A stretch of 63,804 bases of DNA, the filler included, from Phoronis australis (lineage: Eukaryota > Animalia > Phoronida): assembly GCA_002633005.1 (NCBI GenBank). It is 4 parts of 4 records of this genome, joined end to end, with 100 filler letters (N's around TTAATTAATTAA, not from the genome) between each part and the next. Parts side by side here need not be neighbours in the genome. Positions count along the whole stretch, not along the records: positions 55,098 to 59,948 come from NMRA01002476.1; positions 60,049 to 63,804 come from NMRA01002854.1; 2 more parts are not named here. The stretch is one strand, 5' to 3'. Numbering within the stretch: the first letter of the stretch is position 1; each line of letters starts with the position of its first letter. The position numbers and the translations under genes are program-made. Below the pieces are notes generated by a model. That model made no database searches. It had not been told where the DNA came from and saw nothing but the letters and a program-made list of their open reading frames with translations. Of this stretch, positions 59,716-63,804 are shown one piece after another.

Positions 59716-60162
59716 TTAAAACAGAAAGTGGCGCGTAAGAACTTGATCTGAAATAGCGAATTGTGAGCGTGCTATCGGTCACGGAAATAGTTGCACCAGC
59801 GGCTAACAATGGCCCAGTTCTACTAAACTAAGGGAGAGAGTACATTAACTTTTTATTATTTGCTTTCTGTTGTATTCACCTATTTCACGAAAGCGCCATC
59901 TTCCCGCGCCATCTTTAAATACTGATCGAAAACGAGGCACACTGATAANNNNNNNNNNNNNNNNNNNNNNNNNNNNNNNNNNNNNNNNNNNNTTAATTAA
60001 TTAANNNNNNNNNNNNNNNNNNNNNNNNNNNNNNNNNNNNNNNNNNNNCATGTTTGTGTCAAATAAATCTCAAAAACGCCATGTTTATTACATTCCGTAT
60101 TGGAATTGTTTCTGAGATTCACTGAAATGGCTTTTAAATAATAAAAGCCGAAATTTTTACTC

Positions 60163-61010
60163 AGAATTCAGAAATTTCTATGCAGAATTCCAGCGCAGAA
60201 ATTTCTACACAGAATACCAGCGCAGAAATTTCTGTGCACAGCAGAATTCCAAAGCAGAAATTTCTGCGCACAGCAAAATTTCAGCGCAGAAATTTCTGCG
60301 CACAGAATTCTAGCGCAGAAATTTCTGCGCACAGCAGGATTCCAGCGCAGAAATTTCTGCGCACAGCAGGATTCCAGCGCAGAAATTTCTGCGCACAGCA
60401 GAATTTCAGCGCAGAAATTTCTGCACAGAATTCCAGCGCAGAAATTTCTGCACACAATTCCAGCGCAGAAATTTCTGCGCACAGAATTAGAGCGCAGAAA
60501 TTTCTGCGCACAGAATTAGAGCGCAGAAATTTCTGCGCACAGCAGAATTCCAGCGCAGAAATTTCTGCGCACAGCAGAATTTCAGTGCAGAAATTTCTGC
60601 ACAGAATTCCAGCGCAGAAATTTCTGCGCACAGAATTCCAGCGCAGAAATTTCTGCGCACAGCAGGATTCCAGCGCAGAAATTTCTGCGCACAACAGAAT
60701 TCCAGCGCAGAAATTTCTGAGCACAGCAGAATTTCAGCGCAGAAATTTCTGCACAGAATTCCAGCGCAGAAATTTCTGCACAGAATTCCAGCGCAGAAAT
60801 TTCTGCACAGAATTCTAGCGCAGAAATTTCTGCGCACAGAATTAGAGCGCAGAAATTTCTGCGCAGGATTCCAGCGCAGAAATTTCTGCGCACAGCAGAG
60901 TTCCAGCGCAGAAATTTCTGCGCAGAATTCCAGCGCATGTATTTCTGCCCAGGATTCCAGCGCAGAAATTTCTGCACCCAGCAGAATTGCAGCGCAGAAA
61001 TTTCTGCGCA
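60163..61010. repeat. Minisatellite of 27-32-bp units with a palindromic core GCGCAGAAATTTCTGCGC
   Basis: Roughly 28 units with short linkers such as ACAG(CAG)AATTCCA. Confidence 0.95.
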
Positions 61011-62563
61011 TGATTAACAGAAGGCTCAAATTCAATGGAATATATCAATTTTTAAGCCAAAATTATNCGCAGAAAAAATCTGCAATTTTTCAGGCACAAA
61101 AAGGGAATGAGTGGAAATTCCCTTTTTAAAATGGAAAGTGTTTTATATATATAACAAAAATAAAAAAACAGTAGCTGAATACCAGATAGATACTTTAATT
61201 TCAAATTGTTGGCCTCGACAACCTTGACCAATAGTTGGTTGAAAATGTGATGCATACAGTAACACGTCAAACGAAATTGGGGAATAAACAGTAAAATAAT
61301 GGTCAATCTGCTAGAAAATCAAAACATATGGTTTTAAAAAAAATAACACTAGTTAGAAATATATAATCTTCAGAAGAATATCCTAATAAAGAGTGGCAAA
61401 AAGGATTGGACAACTATTCGACGACATAGATTACAACCACTGACATTGGTTTATTCATAACTGTGAATTTGAGAGTGAATAAGTCCTGGTCAATATTTAG
61501 TGTCTTGGGACATTCTCAATTGAAATGAATTCTTGATAAGATGTGGCAGTAGTATTCCTATATAAGTGGGATAACCTATTTATTACAATACAAACCACTG
61601 AATAAGATATGCCTGTCCTCTAATTGGCTAAAATGCATTACAAGATCTTCCATTGTGAGGTAATGTTGACTGGCTATCCGTGAGTTTAACTCATGCAGCC
61701 CAGGTGTCAGCTATTGCTATTCATTGTCAGACCAATTACAGGCTGGAGAAACCATGAACCACTGACTACATAAACAAAACGAGCAGAGGGTTCATCAAGG
61801 TAGGTAGTATATGTCAGTCTAATAAGAGATGGACAAGTCAGAGGAAACATCAGTGATGGTATGATAAAACAAAGTGATCCCTCGTGCACATCGGGTTGTA
61901 TGGACCTAGGAGAGCAGTGTTATTTCAGTCTCTGACAACACTGTTCTCCCTCGGTCTATCTGACTGGGATGCCAGTGCAGGGTTGGGTTCAAATTTGTAC
62001 AGTGAAGTGTAACACTTTGACAATTGAGTCTGCTTACAGAGAAAATGATTGGCAATCACTTGTGAATGGTGTTATATAACTTAGCACTATCCTTGATATT
62101 CCTGGTAAATGACACACACACACACCTATTAGAACACTGATTTTGCTTGAGAGTAGCAGCATTTCGGGAAATTCAAGGATGTTTTGTGCAAACACTTTTG
62201 ATTTCATTTAACTTGAGTATGTTGGTTTTAAAGGAACAAATGATGAGTTATATTACTATATTGACAATTCTTAAAGTCTGGCAAACTTTAAAATTACATT
62301 ACAAAAAGAACTGCATTTCACAATCCAGTGACTAATAAAATTGTGAACAATCAGATGCAAGTGGGATTCACCATACATTTCATGTCAACGACATTTGTCT
62401 TTGTGAGAGGCAAACATGAACAAAACGCAGTCCTTGTGTCTGAAGACAGAAGCTGCATTAAAACAACCACAAAATTAAGACCACACAGTCTGGATAAACA
62501 ATATTACCTATCAGCCCATTGTCAAAAAAATAGTCGCATGAACATCTAAATGTAGTCAGTTAA

Positions 62564-63085
62564 GGTTATGCAGGACCCTATAAAAATGTCCAAATTCAAC
62601 AAACTTCGGAACATCATATCTCAGAAACGGCCAATGAAACCTTTGAAAACAATGCTTTGTGCACTATACTCAAAAACGCCGTTAGGATTTGTTTTAACAC
62701 TGCGCCACTTTTACATGAGGAGCTATCAAAAATAGTGCTTTTAGGATTTTCATGAAACATCTTTAAAGTTCACTTGGTAAAACGAAAATAATATTTTAGA
62801 AAACCGTAACAGCGTTATTATATATCACCATGAACATTTATATCAAACAAAATTTGATCGTGTGATTGACACCATTGTTATGCCATCATTGTACCTTTCA
62901 TTTTTGCTAAATTTTACTAAAAAGACATGGTCATGAGATCCAACTGATAACAGTTTGATAAAAAGTTCAACATCAACTTCCACGGCCTTTCTACTTTCAT
63001 AAAATATCTACTTTTACTGAATTAAATTGACACTTCTAGATATCTCGTTGAATGCCCAGACTTGTCAATAAGGTCCTACATAGCC
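62564..63085. mobile_element. TTAA-flanked MITE (Kolobok-like)
   Basis: TTAA|GGTTATGCAGGACC ... GGTCCTACATAGCC|TTAA. Confidence 0.75.
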
Positions 63086-63804
63086 TTAAAGCTGCGATAA
63101 ACTCTCGTCTTGGCAAAGAAACTATTGATTTACACCAGTTACCACTCTTTAATTGAGCTCCACTTTTTCCTTACTCAGATGTGACTTTCGGTCTTGCAAA
63201 GCTGAAATAACGCTTTATTACTGTTAAAGACCACACTAGGTGACGCACCATGACAAGTCACCTCATAGAGACTGCTCTCGAGCAGTAATGAATTGACACG
63301 TCTTTCCAAGACCAGAAATAGCCGCATCTATTTTTAGTAAGGAACAAAACTGAAAACAATTTCACTACAGTAGGAGGCCAATACCAAAACTTGATTCTTG
63401 TGATGGAAAGCGTGTTCATAGCCACTTCAAGTAAAAAGTTAAACCTATCCAAATATTGTGGAAAGTACACAAAGCTAGATTGAGCACCACAACTGATTGT
63501 CTTGAGTCCATCTTGAGGCAAAAATTGCTCCACAACACACTACTTCAAGCTCTCTCGTGACATCTCCAACAACAAAATACATTAATATTATTTTAATTGA
63601 ACAAAACTTTGTGGCTGCATTTTGCCCTATTTAGCTAAAAGTGAAAACCAAATTATGCCTTTTACTTCTATATATCAATCAGTCTCTTATCGCTTAATGG
63701 GATAGGATTCTAAAGATCACCTAAAGAGCTGGTGATTTAAGACAATGCTTCAGAGTTTATTGGAGCAGGCCGAACCTAAAATTGCAAACTCGAAAAATGG
63801 CACT

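Noticed and set aside
60163-61048. CRISPR array, or Cys-rich repeat proteins from the overlapping ORFs
   Set aside because: No unique spacers and no cas genes; the ORFs arise from a stop-free palindromic minisatellite.

Overview
AT-rich, repeat-laden, gapped scaffold from an animal (probably invertebrate) genome. It has GT-AG introns, decayed LINE, Penelope, LTR and DNA-transposon fragments, and assembly gaps with TTAATTAATTAA linkers. Most short ORFs in the track are noise. The main signal is a minus-strand tandem family of large uninterrupted coding exons: two intact copies (23927-26368, about 813 aa; 43919-46432, about 837 aa) and two 5'-truncated decayed copies (about 41404-42245 and about 40675-40860). 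By motif recognition (ExEYN...GD...(I/V)ELFD(I/V)L...LF(H/Y)xK...ACAQIRDAAxLL) they resemble the bacterial mobilome-associated TIGR04141/DUF6119 putative nuclease family; this needs an HMM search. Both intact copies sit behind a conserved phase-0 splice acceptor, so they look like domesticated, spliced animal genes undergoing birth-and-death evolution. Also present: two exons of an ankyrin-repeat gene, two exons of a divergent Rab8/10/13-like GTPase, a MITE family with 5-bp TSDs confirmed by an empty paralogous site, a solo LTR nested in a LOA/R1-type LINE, a Penelope fragment with a decayed hammerhead ribozyme, Harbinger- and Kolobok-like elements, and a palindromic minisatellite.
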